Origin: a virus
Lineage: Duplodnaviria > Caudoviricetes
IMG/VR virus record: IMGVR_UViG_3300035210_000079
Location: 1 to 33,742 of that record
Strand: one strand, 5' to 3'
DNA length: 33,742 nucleotides
How positions within the stretch are numbered: position 1 is the first letter of the stretch; every line of letters begins with the position of its first letter. This document shows, piece after piece, positions 25,313 through 33,742 of this stretch. The position numbers and the translations under genes were made by a program. A model generated the notes under the pieces. It saw only the letters and a program-made list of their open reading frames with translations. It was not told the origin of the DNA and did not search any database.

Positions 25313-25896
25313 TTCGAGACCTCCCGCGCGATGCGGATTCGAAGGTTTTCGTGGACTTCAACGAACCGGTGGGCGAACCAGCCGGGATCCTTGCGGACAG
25401 GCCGCCACCCGGCGACGTGCTGGGGAATGATCGAGTGGGGCGTTTCCTTGAAGAAGTAGGACATCTCGAGGTTCAACGCCACGCGGTCAGCGAAGCGGAT
25501 CACCTGGGTTGCCTCGACCGGGAAGTGGCCGAGGTTGAGCGCGGCGCGAATCGCTTCATCGAATCGCGCCTCCACGGCGCCGAAGCTCAGGAAGTCGGGG
25601 CGGGGACCATCCAGGGCCCATCCCAGATTTCGCTTCAGTGGCCCGCGTTGGTCGCCGAGGTAGGCTTCGGCCGAATCGTGGTGGAGCGCGTGGAGCGCCC
25701 ACACGGCGTTGTTCGTTTCGCGGATCACGATCTGGGCAACAAGGATCGCGTGGTCGGCCACGGGGTAGAACTGCGGGCACATGCCTCCGTAGCGACAGAT
25801 CATCGAAAGGCCGTGCGCGATGTCTTGGAGCTTGATGTCTTCGACGTCTGGATCGGACGCGTCGATCGTGCCCGACAGGGTGTGACAGATCTTCAT
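25309..25896 (-). CDS. HD-domain phosphohydrolase (YfbR/YfdR-like deoxynucleotidase family)
   Basis: DIAHGLSMICRYGG, YPVADH, LHHDSAEAYLGD...PLK and ADRVAL motifs; ATGA-coupled start. Confidence 0.88.
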   Translation of the reverse strand: MKICHTLSGTIDASDPDVEDIKLQDIAHGLSMICRYGGMCPQFYPVADHAILVAQIVIRETNNAVWALHALHHDSAEAYLGDQRGPLKRNLGWALDGPRPDFLSFGAVEARFDEAIRAALNLGHFPVEATQVIRFADRVALNLEMSYFFKETPHSIIPQHVAGWRPVRKDPGWFAHRFVEVHENLRIRIAREVSK

Positions 25897-26141
25897 TTTC
25901 CGACCGCCATGTATTGGAGGCAGCAGCGCTTGAACTTCTTGCCAGATCCGCAGGGGCAGGGCACGTTCCGGCCGATCCCGCGAAGGAGATTTGGGTCCAC
26001 CGGGCGCCGCTGGACCCTCTTCGCTTCGGCCTGGGACATGCGCTTCCGGAAGGCGGTGATCTGCTGTTCGAGCATGGCCTTCCATGCCGCTTCTTCGTGG
26101 AGTGTCAGGACCTTTGGTCGGTCCAATTCAATTCGTTGCAT
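25893..26141 (-). CDS. SEC-C motif protein
   Basis: IGRNVPCPCGSGKKFKRCC matches the SecA C-terminal Zn-binding motif. Confidence 0.9.
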   Translation of the reverse strand: MQRIELDRPKVLTLHEEAAWKAMLEQQITAFRKRMSQAEAKRVQRRPVDPNLLRGIGRNVPCPCGSGKKFKRCCLQYMAVGK

Positions 26142-26595
26142 CGGGAGTCCTTTTCGTCCGGATCTTGCCGGCGAGATAGTTGGTGATGAACTCGATCGCC
26201 TTGTCGGCGCCCTCGCAAACCTGGACGCAATAGGCGCGGCGCTTCAGGCGGGCGATCCACTTCTTTTGGTCGGCACTCACGACGCCGTCGTGGCGCTTCT
26301 TCATCTCGATGAAAAGCCCGTGGAACTCGCCCACGGGCTCGGGAAGGAACAGGTCAGGGACACCAGACCGGACGCCTTCAGCGCGCAAGGCCTTGCCGCG
26401 GATCGCTCGTACCTTCGCTGAATCCCCACGGGATCCACCGTTGGGGATAGCGTGGAGAGAGTTCCACCGGTCGTCGATGTTTCCCAGCTCGTCGGCGTGG
26501 CGGATGACCTTTACCTGTTCGTCGTGCTCTTCGGTGCTCATAGGGGCCCGGACACCCGGAACCTTTGCGCGTTTCGGATGCCGGGCCGCGTTCAC
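26128..26595 (-). CDS. VRR-NUC domain nuclease (putative Holliday junction resolvase)
   Basis: [28 protein letters not shown] and [11 protein letters not shown]; GTGA-coupled start. Confidence 0.9.
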   Translation of the reverse strand: MNAARHPKRAKVPGVRAPMSTEEHDEQVKVIRHADELGNIDDRWNSLHAIPNGGSRGDSAKVRAIRGKALRAEGVRSGVPDLFLPEPVGEFHGLFIEMKKRHDGVVSADQKKWIARLKRRAYCVQVCEGADKAIEFITNYLAGKIRTKRTPDATN

Positions 26596-26885
26596 GGAAC
26601 GGCCAGCTTCTTTTCCAGGTACTCCACGACGTCGCCGATGGTCTTCCATTCCGTCGCGTCCTGGTCCGAGATCTCGATCGCGAACTCGTCTTCGATGTTC
26701 ATCACCATTTCGACGCGATCCAGAGAATCCTCGCCGAGGTCCGGCCCGAATCCGGGTTCGTCCCACTTCCCAATTTTGTGGGTGTGCTCGATCTCTTCCA
26801 TCTGCCAGTTTCTGTCGGTACCCGGCTTCAGGACGAGATTCGAAACGATCTTGCGGACTCGTTCCGACACCGTGGCGGCGCTCAT
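26592..26885 (-). CDS. acyl carrier protein-like
   Basis: VSERVRKIV...[40 protein letters not shown]; the phosphopantetheine Ser in DSL is retained. Confidence 0.9.
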   Translation of the reverse strand: MSAATVSERVRKIVSNLVLKPGTDRNWQMEEIEHTHKIGKWDEPGFGPDLGEDSLDRVEMVMNIEDEFAIEISDQDATEWKTIGDVVEYLEKKLAVP

Positions 26886-27412
26886 TCTTCGACCACCGTG
26901 TATTCCGCTTCGGTGACGTCGACGGGAAGCTTGACAGTCCCATCGTGTTCCAGCTGGATCGGTGCGGGAGGGGCCGGGGGCGGATCCATGACGGGCGGCT
27001 CGGGAGGGGTGAGGTTGGCCTTCATCTGGTAGTCGTTCTCGGCCAAGAGCTCGGTACCGACTTCGGCGCCGGTTTCCGGATCCAGGAGAATTCGGGCGCG
27101 GCGCACGAAGTCGGCGATCACGACCACCGGTTTCATAACGCGCCGATACCCGTTGTTCAAGAGCGTGGAGAGCTCTTCGACTTTGGCCTCGACGGTCGCC
27201 AGCTCGCTCTTCATCTGCTTGGACGTGTCGGCGATTTCGGCCTTCTTCTCGGTGACCGATCGATTGGCGCGGGCGAGCTCCAGGGCAGCCGATCGCGTTT
27301 CCTCTTCGGACAGATCTTCGCGGACGCTGGCCTTGCGGAAGTCGTCGACGACGATCATTCCCGCTTCACGACAACTTTTGACGAACAGTTTCAGGTTGGA
27401 CAGGTTGGACAT
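26882..27412 (-). CDS. coiled-coil phage protein of unknown function
   Basis: ATG 27412 with AAGGA RBS; 176 aa; long heptad helix followed by LDPETGAEV. Confidence 0.75.
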   Translation of the reverse strand: MSNLSNLKLFVKSCREAGMIVVDDFRKASVREDLSEEETRSAALELARANRSVTEKKAEIADTSKQMKSELATVEAKVEELSTLLNNGYRRVMKPVVVIADFVRRARILLDPETGAEVGTELLAENDYQMKANLTPPEPPVMDPPPAPPAPIQLEHDGTVKLPVDVTEAEYTVVEE

Positions 27413-27430
27413 GGTTTCCTTTTTGTGGTG

Positions 27431-27457
27431 GAAGAAAGGGCGCCAGGTTGGCGCCCT
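27431..27457 (-). terminator. intrinsic terminator-like hairpin after the SSB-like gene
   Basis: AGGGCGCCA-ACC-TGGCGCCCT followed by TTCTTC on the minus strand. Confidence 0.6.
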
Positions 27458-27470
27458 GGGTGGGTGGAGA

Positions 27471-28112
27471 TCAGTGGACCAGGTAGTCCTCGATGTCGTC
27501 GGAACCGCCGCGGCCGCGTGCTGGGGGTGGTTCCTCGCCGAGGTAGGACCCGCCCTGCACCGGTGGCTGCTTCGCTGTCGGCAAGCGCAACCCGGCGCGG
27601 CCACCCGCGGCCGGAGGCGCATAGGGAGGCACGCCAGTACGACCACCAGCTGCGGGAGCGGTGCGGGCTGGTGCGGCACCAGGGGCCCGGCCGAGCGCGG
27701 CGATCTTCGCGTTCAGGCGCCCGAACACGTTGTCGATGGTCGGCTGGTCCAACGTCTTCATCCCGCCGCTGCCACCCGGAGCATTCAGGAATTTGACCTT
27801 TTCCTGATTCTTGCCCTCGCCGCCATCGGGCTGGTACCACTCCTGTTCGCAAACGGCATCGACGTCGAGGCCAGCCAGGATCGGGTTCGCGAACTCGCGA
27901 ATGTCGACACCCTGCCAGCCGAACACCTCGCGCAAAGTGTTGACCGACCCTTCATAAGCCGCGTCGCTCAGCCACAGATCGGCGTAGAGGATCCGGGGCT
28001 GCTCGTCCCGGGTTTGGAGTTGGATCTTGACCGAAGGTGTCCCCTTCTTTTCGGACACCGCCAGGGTGTTGCTCAGGACGACGCTTGGAACGGTGTATCT
28101 CGGGTTTGCCAT
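27471..28112 (-). CDS. putative single-stranded DNA-binding protein
   Basis: OB-like N-terminus (KKGTPSVKIQ...LWLSDAA), Pro/Gly/Ala linker and acidic tail (SDDIEDY); follows the Sak4-like gene. Confidence 0.65.
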   Translation of the reverse strand: MANPRYTVPSVVLSNTLAVSEKKGTPSVKIQLQTRDEQPRILYADLWLSDAAYEGSVNTLREVFGWQGVDIREFANPILAGLDVDAVCEQEWYQPDGGEGKNQEKVKFLNAPGGSGGMKTLDQPTIDNVFGRLNAKIAALGRAPGAAPARTAPAAGGRTGVPPYAPPAAGGRAGLRLPTAKQPPVQGGSYLGEEPPPARGRGGSDDIEDYLVH

Positions 28113-29152
28113 CAGGTGGACTCCTCGGAAGTTTCTGGGTTGAAGCGAGCCACGGCGCTGCGAACGCCGTTCAGGATGCGGGCGACGGCGTTGGCGTCTT
28201 CGCCCGCGTTGGTGAGTGCCGCCCGGATTTTGGTCTGGGCAGTGTCGGGAAGCGTGGGCAAGAGCTCTTCGATCTCGCCAACCATTTCGGCCGTGGTGTC
28301 GCCGGCATAGGTGGCGTTGTCGCGGTTCATGATCGCGTCCAGGATCACGTCCATGTCGAAGGGCATCACCTCGGGCAAACTGTAGCGGTTGCCGGCGTCC
28401 CATGCAGCGTTGTGGTTGGTGTGCACCACGCGGTTTTGGCCACCGATCCCCTTGGCGCGAGCCTTGGGCGATGCCTTGTCGATGTAGACCTCGGTGTGCG
28501 CGAAGAGCACCGCGTCAGCCCATTCCCGAAGCATTCCGGAAACGTGCTTCGAGACACATTTTGGCTCCCAACGATCGTAGTCCTCCGTGCCTGGGCTCTT
28601 GAAGGTCTTGACCTGGGCATGCGCCAGGATCAGGCTTGCGATCCCCTTCATGCGAAGGCGATCCAGCCGATTGGTCAGGCGTCGGAACTCGTCCCCGATC
28701 GCCCGTTCGCCCTTGCCGAAGCCGCCGTAAGCCTCGATGTTTTCCTTCTTGTCGCGAGCGCAACAATGGTCGATCGTCTTGGCTTCGGTCCAGTCCGCCG
28801 TATCGATGACAACCGACTTGAACGCGTGCTCTCGAGTTGCCAGCTGGTCGAGGGTTTCCAGGAGGTCGTTCCAGGTCTTGGGCGCCAGGTGCGGCTGGGT
28901 GGCGATGCGAGGATCCTCGCCGACCAGCCCGTCCTCTGCGCACAAGAACAACGGAGCGGGCATGGAAAGCCCGGCCGTGGTCTTGCCGATCTTTTCGACC
29001 CCGTAGATGAACAGGCGGGGGGGGAGCTTGGGAACCTCGTACTTGATCTGCGCCAGGTGGTCGACGATCTGTCGGGGTGGCGCGGCCGCTGGGGCGCCAA
29101 GCGGTGGACCAGGGCGAACTGGTGGCCGGTTGGCTGGAGGCAATGCGTTCAT
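28112..29152 (-). CDS. Sak4-like AAA_24 ATPase / recombinase
   Basis: IYGVEKIGKTT Walker A, VVIDTAD Walker B, YGGFGKG, LILAH and EWADAVLF. Confidence 0.9.
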   Translation of the reverse strand: MNALPPANRPPVRPGPPLGAPAAAPPRQIVDHLAQIKYEVPKLPPRLFIYGVEKIGKTTAGLSMPAPLFLCAEDGLVGEDPRIATQPHLAPKTWNDLLETLDQLATREHAFKSVVIDTADWTEAKTIDHCCARDKKENIEAYGGFGKGERAIGDEFRRLTNRLDRLRMKGIASLILAHAQVKTFKSPGTEDYDRWEPKCVSKHVSGMLREWADAVLFAHTEVYIDKASPKARAKGIGGQNRVVHTNHNAAWDAGNRYSLPEVMPFDMDVILDAIMNRDNATYAGDTTAEMVGEIEELLPTLPDTAQTKIRAALTNAGEDANAVARILNGVRSAVARFNPETSEEST

Positions 29153-30252
29153 CAGGTTTCCTCGGTGGTTTCGGTGGTGGATTCGGCGGTGATGGCGGAC
29201 CGTTCGGCAGCCTCGACGAGCTCCTGGTGGCGTTGGGTCGTCTTGAACTTCTGGGGATTGTCGATCGACTCCTGCCCGCCGCAGACGTCGAAGTATTGGC
29301 AAAGGCCGTAGTTGTCGCAGGATCGCGGGTTCCGTGGGAAGCGCCCGCTCTTCTGCGCGTCGGCGATCTCACGGCCGACGGCCCACATGTCATCGAAGTA
29401 TTCGAGCATGTCTTCGTCGGAGCGCACGATCGACAGGCGCCGGTAATACTTGTCGGGGTCCGCTTGGATATCCTCCCAGATCCGCGCTTCGAACTCGTCG
29501 GGCGTCTCGTCGCGCGACAGGAGCGTGAGGCCTTCGCTCGCCGCGCCCGGCGCTTGTTTCCAGGTCTTGCCGTCCTTGTTCATCTGGCGAACGCCGTCGG
29601 CGTCGACCACTTGCTTCAACCCGGCCGCGTCCAGCTGGGGAATGTTCCGCGGCCGCACCTGGGGCTTGTGCAGGACGTCGTACAACAGGTCGTCGCACTC
29701 GAAGCCCTTCGACTTGGCGCCAGGGAAGTACGCCGAAACCTGTCCGTCGATCCGCAGCTTGACCCAATAGGACGACTCGGGCGCCACGCTGTCGGACGTG
29801 GTCTTGTGCTCGATGATGTATTGCTTCCCGTCTTCGCCGAAGATCGCGATGGCGTCGATCTTCCCGCCCAACTCCCAAGTCTGCGAGGGGCGTCCGGTCT
29901 TCGGGTTGTAGAGGGGGTAGTAGAACTCCTGTTCCACGGCGACCACGTGCATTTCCAGGTGGCCATAGGCGAGCTCGTACCCGCGCATCATGGCGCGGCA
30001 CATGGCGACCTGGTACAGATCGGCCTCGGCCTTCTCGGCATTGGCGGCGATGGCAGCGAGCGCGGCCGCCATGCGCTCGTCGGCGCCCTTGTAGTGGTTC
30101 AGGTACCACTGCTCGAGCGATTCGTGCGTCAGGGTCCCGAACCGCAACGCCTCGGGTTCATGGACGGGGTTCCGGCAAATCTCGTGCTGGTAGAAGAACT
30201 TCCGATGGCACGTGCCGTAGCTGTTGCGGTTGGAGTTGGTCAGAACTTGCAT
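29152..30252 (-). CDS. PD-(D/E)XK Cas4/RecB-like exonuclease
   Basis: TCHRKF, FGTLTHESLE, GKIDA, IIEHKT, QVSAY and a C-terminal C-x5-C-x5-C (probable Fe-S ligands). Confidence 0.9.
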   Translation of the reverse strand: MQVLTNSNRNSYGTCHRKFFYQHEICRNPVHEPEALRFGTLTHESLEQWYLNHYKGADERMAAALAAIAANAEKAEADLYQVAMCRAMMRGYELAYGHLEMHVVAVEQEFYYPLYNPKTGRPSQTWELGGKIDAIAIFGEDGKQYIIEHKTTSDSVAPESSYWVKLRIDGQVSAYFPGAKSKGFECDDLLYDVLHKPQVRPRNIPQLDAAGLKQVVDADGVRQMNKDGKTWKQAPGAASEGLTLLSRDETPDEFEARIWEDIQADPDKYYRRLSIVRSDEDMLEYFDDMWAVGREIADAQKSGRFPRNPRSCDNYGLCQYFDVCGGQESIDNPQKFKTTQRHQELVEAAERSAITAESTTETTEET

Positions 30253-30458
30253 TCAAGATCCTCTTTGGTGAGTTCGCAGCCGTCGACGGCCACGGCGTCG
30301 TCGACGCGGTTGGGTGGGAATGCGGCCGTCTTGGACAAGATCTGCCACATGAATTGGGGCGATACCCCGATGGCGGCCGCGAACTTCGCGGTGCCGTACT
30401 TCTTGATTTTGTCGATCGCGTTGTCGGACAGTCGCGGCCGTTTCAATGTCGATGCCAT
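30240..30458 (-). CDS. Cro/YdaS-like HTH regulator
   Basis: ATG 30458 with AAGGGAG RBS; GTAKFAAAIGVSPQFMWQI HTH and a C-terminal LTKEDL; first gene of the leftward operon. Confidence 0.75.
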   Translation of the reverse strand: MASTLKRPRLSDNAIDKIKKYGTAKFAAAIGVSPQFMWQILSKTAAFPPNRVDDAVAVDGCELTKEDLECKF

Positions 30459-30540
30459 TGGCTCCCTTTCTGCTCGTTGGAGCGGATAAAGGGAATCTAT
30501 CGTGTTGGTTGGTTTCCGGCAACTACTTTCTTTCCTGTTG

Positions 30541-30560
30541 CTTTTTTGTTGGTTTCGTGT
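30541..30560. repeat. 20-bp direct repeat, copy 1
   Basis: CTTTTTTGTTGGTTTCGTGT, identical to 31059-31078. Confidence 0.85.
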
Positions 30561-30604
30561 GATCTTCAATTCTCGAGATCATCCACCCAACGTCAGGAAC
30601 TGCC

Positions 30605-30994
30605 ATGGACACTCGCCACGATCGCTTCTACTCGCCGATGCCGCCGCCGTCGCGTTGCGAGTTCTTCTTGCGCGCCCTCCTGGGCGAACTTCGATTGCCG
30701 TCGCCAAGGAAGGTTCTGCGGAGCATGCTGGCAGAGTGGCGCGCCGAATCGATGCGCTCGGATGGATTCATTCGCGAGCGCCGTTGGCGGTCGCTGGCAA
30801 AATGGAATTGGGAATTTGCGATTGCCGGGCCGAATGGATGGGAAATCAAATCTTCCGGATCGACATGGACAGAAAGCGCCGCAAAGTTTCATTTGATTGG
30901 GCTTCGACTCCGTATCGCCGCAAGAATTACCGATAATCTCGTTTCGGAAATCAGGAAGCAATTGACAGCGGCGAGCGCAAACCAGGTTAATTGA
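30605..30994 (+). CDS. hypothetical Trp/Arg-rich protein
   Basis: 129-aa ORF with AGGA upstream, filling the gap between two AT-rich spacers; no recognisable domain. Confidence 0.45.
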   Translation: MDTRHDRFYSPMPPPSRCEFFLRALLGELRLPSPRKVLRSMLAEWRAESMRSDGFIRERRWRSLAKWNWEFAIAGPNGWEIKSSGSTWTESAAKFHLIGLRLRIAARITDNLVSEIRKQLTAASANQVN

Positions 30995-31024
30995 GGCGGA
31001 AAATCGGGCGAAAAGGGCGAAAAC

Positions 31025-31125
31025 CTGTTTTTTAGTGGTTTTTTAGTGGTTTTCTGCTCTTTTTTGTTGGTTTCGTGTTGGTTTCCTCTTTCTTTCTGGT
31101 CTGAGATAGGTATTATATAAGAGTC
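31025..31125 (+). promoter_or_regulatory. probable rightward early promoter/operator region
   Basis: Very T-rich intergenic DNA with repeated TGGTT motifs and a TATTATATAAG -10-like element at 31111-31121; no convincing -35. Confidence 0.4.
31059..31078. repeat. 20-bp direct repeat, copy 2
   Basis: CTTTTTTGTTGGTTTCGTGT, within a phased TGGTT array. Confidence 0.85.
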
Positions 31126-31183
31126 GACACGATGAAGCGCGTCGGCCCACCTGGTCGGTGGCCAAAAAACGAGGGTAAATATC

Positions 31184-32266
31184 ATGGCTCATCAACTCGA
31201 CGAATCCACGGGATCGGCCGCTTTCTATTCGCTTCGCCAATCCGCTTGGCATGGATTGGGAACGGTCGTCAACGAGCCCGCGACATCCGACAAGATTCTG
31301 GAAATCGCCCGCCTCAATTGGGAGATCGAAAAAATACCTCTATTCGCTGGCGTCGAATCTATTGTTGGCGTCGGCGATGCGGGCGACCTGTTGACCGGCA
31401 AGGAATACACGCCGGTCGCTTCGCACGTGATGACGCGCCGCAGTGATACGGGCGCCATGTTCGGAGTGGTGGGCGCCAATTGGACGCCGATTCAAAATCG
31501 CGAGCTCTTCACCTGGGTTAATGCTCTCGGCGCCTGGGGCGAAATGACGGTCGAAACCTGCGGAGCCTTGAACGACGGCTGCACGGTCTGGGTTCTGGTC
31601 AAAATGGATGCCTTGCGCTGGGGACTCGACGCCGTCGATCAGGTCCAGCCCTACCTCTTGCTGGCCAACGGCCACGACGGGAAGCGGTCCTTGACGATCT
31701 CGCCAACGACGACCCGGGTTGTCTGTGCCAACACCTTGCGGATGGCCGATACCGAAATGCGCGGGAATGAAGCGGTCGCCAACGGGTCGCTGTCGGCTGG
31801 GTGGCGCTTGATCCACTCCGCAGACGTAAAAAGCCGCATGGAAGATGCTCGCGAGGTCCTGATCGAAACGACAGCCGCATGGAAGGCTACCCAAGTCGAA
31901 ATGGAAAAGCTGGCCGCGAAAGGGTTCGACGAGTCCCTGTTGGAATCGATCGTTGCCAAGGTCTGGAAAGGCGAAGTCGAGGAAGAGGACGAGGGAGAGA
32001 AAGGCAAACCGGGAAAGGTCGCGGTCGAACGCCTGGACAAGATCCGCGGGCTCCTGCATGCGCCGACGAACACGACGCCGAGCGCCAAAGGAACGTTGTG
32101 GGGCGGGCTGAACGCCATCACCGAATTCTTGGACCACGACAACGCCATCCGGGTGCCGGAAGGCAAGGACGAGGGCGAATTGCGGTTCGCGTCGACTCAG
32201 TTTGGCCGAGCCGACACCCTCAAGGCGCGCGCCTGGAAGTCTTTCCGGGACCTCGCCGTCGCCTGA
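31184..32266 (+). CDS. DUF932 family phage/plasmid protein
   Basis: AWHGLG, LNWEIEK, RRSDTG, PIQNRELF, ETCGAL, PYLLLANGHDG, RVVCANTL and GTLWGGLNAITEFLDH. Confidence 0.9.
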   Translation: MAHQLDESTGSAAFYSLRQSAWHGLGTVVNEPATSDKILEIARLNWEIEKIPLFAGVESIVGVGDAGDLLTGKEYTPVASHVMTRRSDTGAMFGVVGANWTPIQNRELFTWVNALGAWGEMTVETCGALNDGCTVWVLVKMDALRWGLDAVDQVQPYLLLANGHDGKRSLTISPTTTRVVCANTLRMADTEMRGNEAVANGSLSAGWRLIHSADVKSRMEDAREVLIETTAAWKATQVEMEKLAAKGFDESLLESIVAKVWKGEVEEEDEGEKGKPGKVAVERLDKIRGLLHAPTNTTPSAKGTLWGGLNAITEFLDHDNAIRVPEGKDEGELRFASTQFGRADTLKARAWKSFRDLAVA

Positions 32267-32371
32267 TTCAACAAGCCGACCCGGTATGGTTCCGGGCACG
32301 GTGGGAGGTCGCCGCGTCTTCTGTGTGGTGTGGCGCGGCGGCCTTTTCCTTCTTCTTCCGAGGTTCCATTC

Positions 32372-32593
32372 ATGTCGCGTCACAATCCAATCGATCGCCG
32401 CGAGCTCCTGAAGTCCATGCTACGCGGTCCCGCCACCTTGAGCGGCCACGACGCCGCCAACTATCGCCTGTGGTTCACGACCTGGATTCTTCCCCAGCTG
32501 GCCGAACTCAAGGACCCCAAGCTGGTGACGGCCATCGAAGCGTCTGGCCTCACGTTCGCAACCCTCGAAGATCAATCTGGAAAGGTGCCCTGA
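32372..32593 (+). CDS. hypothetical protein (73 aa)
   Basis: ATG 32372 with GAGGT RBS. Confidence 0.65.
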   Translation: MSRHNPIDRRELLKSMLRGPATLSGHDAANYRLWFTTWILPQLAELKDPKLVTAIEASGLTFATLEDQSGKVP

Positions 32594-32594
32594 A

Positions 32595-32840
32595 ATGCCA
32601 AAGCTCGTCGAAATAGAAACGCCCATCGGGCCCCGCGTTCGCTTCTCCTGCGGAGAGGTGGCGGTCCCGACCTACTACGGCGCCCTGCGGCCGCAGGACA
32701 AGAAAACCTTGGCGCGCCAGGGGTACCCGCTGCGCGAGGTTCGCAAAGCTTCCGGGATCCGCGCATCGGGCGCCCTGGTCGTATTCATCGGTTCGCACTA
32801 CTACGAGGTCGGCGCGCCGGCTTCGAAGCGGAGGGTCTGA
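32595..32840 (+). CDS. hypothetical protein (81 aa)
   Basis: AAGGT RBS; tightly packed with its neighbours. Confidence 0.65.
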   Translation: MPKLVEIETPIGPRVRFSCGEVAVPTYYGALRPQDKKTLARQGYPLREVRKASGIRASGALVVFIGSHYYEVGAPASKRRV

Positions 32841-32842
32841 TC

Positions 32843-33292
32843 ATGCTCTCCAAAATCCTCACCCTCGCGGCCGCCGTCCTGCTGTCTGGTTGCGACATCA
32901 CCAGCACGCCCGACCAACTCACCGACGCCTATCGCGACTACCTGCCTGAAAGCGCCTCCGGCCGGCGCAGCTGCACCCAATTCGTGAAGTGGCCGGACCA
33001 AGTCGTCGAAGTCGATTCGACCAGTTTTTGTCCATACTCCGACAGTGGATTCTATTACCCCGTCCTGGTCCGTGCGACGTGGACAGCGACGAATTCGACG
33101 TGTTCACTGATCGGGGACCACGGCAACACGGGAGAATCTGCCGTAGTTGGCGGGATCAAGGGAATCAAGCGGTTCCACGGATGCTACAAGAAGCCCATCG
33201 CCTACCCGGTGGTGCCGCCTATCCTGTGTGTAGACTGCAACGACTCGGCCGCTTCCAAACCCACCACCCAAGAAAATAAGGAAACTCCATGA
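32843..33292 (+). CDS. lipoprotein, Cys-rich
   Basis: Signal peptide [16 protein letters not shown]|C with a lipobox; GGAGG RBS. Confidence 0.75.
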   Translation: MLSKILTLAAAVLLSGCDITSTPDQLTDAYRDYLPESASGRRSCTQFVKWPDQVVEVDSTSFCPYSDSGFYYPVLVRATWTATNSTCSLIGDHGNTGESAVVGGIKGIKRFHGCYKKPIAYPVVPPILCVDCNDSAASKPTTQENKETP

Positions 33293-33742
33293 AAATCGAA
33301 ATCTTGCATCGCTGGTCGAACGCTTGCCTCTGGTCTGGAGAAATCGACGACCAAGGATTTGTGCCGAAAAACCTGGGCGCGGCCGTGAAGGCCGCGCTGG
33401 CGTCCGGCGCGAACCTGATCCGCGCGGACCTGTCCGACGCGGACCTGTCCGGCGCGGACCTGTCCGGCGCGAACCTGTCCGGCGCGAACCTGTCCGGCGC
33501 GAACCTGTCCGACGCGAACCTGTCCGACGCGGACCTGTCCGGCGCGAACCTGTCCGGCGCGGACCTGTCCGACGCGGACCTGTCCGACGCGGACCTGTCC
33601 GGCGCGAACCTGTCCGGCGCGAACCTGATCCGCGCGAACCTGTCCGGCGCGAACCTGTCCGACGCGAACCTGTCCGGCGCGAACCTGTCCGGCGCGAACC
33701 TGTCCGACGCGAACCTGTCCGGCGCGAACCTGTCCGGCAATC
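33289..33742 (+). CDS. pentapeptide repeat protein (partial, runs off the edge)
   Basis: Not in the ORF track. ATG 33289 with AAGGA RBS: [18 protein letters not shown]...[35 protein letters not shown]... Confidence 0.92.
   Translation, partial: MKIEILHRWSNACLWSGEIDDQGFVPKNLGAAVKAALASGANLIRADLSDADLSGADLSGANLSGANLSGANLSDANLSDADLSGANLSGADLSDADLSDADLSGANLSGANLIRANLSGANLSDANLSGANLSGANLSDANLSGANLSGN
33403..33742 (+). repeat. 15-bp coding tandem repeat (A-N/D-L-S-G/D)
   Basis: TCCG(G/A)CGCG(A/G)ACCTG units repeated to the end of the window. Confidence 0.95.

Larger units (their letters stand above)
1..33742. mobile_element. tailed phage (siphovirus-like) genome segment or prophage
   Basis: Complete head-neck-tail module plus a recombination/replication module in lambdoid order; no host housekeeping context visible. 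Confidence 0.95.

Noticed and set aside
25309-25896. DatZ / 2-aminoadenine (Z-genome) system
   Set aside because: No PurZ, MazZ or DNA polymerase in the window. The HD family is common in ordinary phages.
29152-30252. Cas4-like gene as evidence of a CRISPR-Cas system
   Set aside because: No cas1/cas2 or array is present. It sits in the usual phage exonuclease-Sak4-SSB recombination module.
33219-33740. Minus-strand ORF of PDRFA repeats, or a possible CRISPR-like array
   Set aside because: It is the antisense shadow of the plus-strand pentapeptide gene. The units are contiguous 15-mers with no unique spacers.

Overview
A 33.7 kb stretch of a high-GC tailed phage or prophage with siphovirus/HK97-type gene order. 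On the minus strand, reading right to left: a Cro-like HTH gene; a Cas4-like exonuclease, Sak4-like ATPase and SSB recombination module; an accessory cluster (acyl carrier protein, VRR-NUC nuclease, SEC-C peptide, HD phosphohydrolase, ASCH-like protein); a putative replication initiator with internal iteron-like repeats; a PP-loop/PAPS-reductase-like cassette ending in a tiny Lys-rich peptide; TerS, TerL, a portal-MuF fusion, prohead protease and major capsid; neck genes; tail tube, tail chaperone with a -1 slippery site, tape measure, tail tip proteins and the start of a tail fibre. A divergent plus-strand early arm carries DUF932, a lipoprotein and a pentapeptide-repeat protein. No integrase, CI repressor or lysis genes are recognisable. 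The standout feature is a 251-aa intein in TerL. Its in-frame middle looks like no known domain, but it contains a complete HNH endonuclease plus Zn-finger ORF in the -1 reading frame, placed between intein blocks B and F. All family assignments come from motif recognition by eye; no database searches were run.
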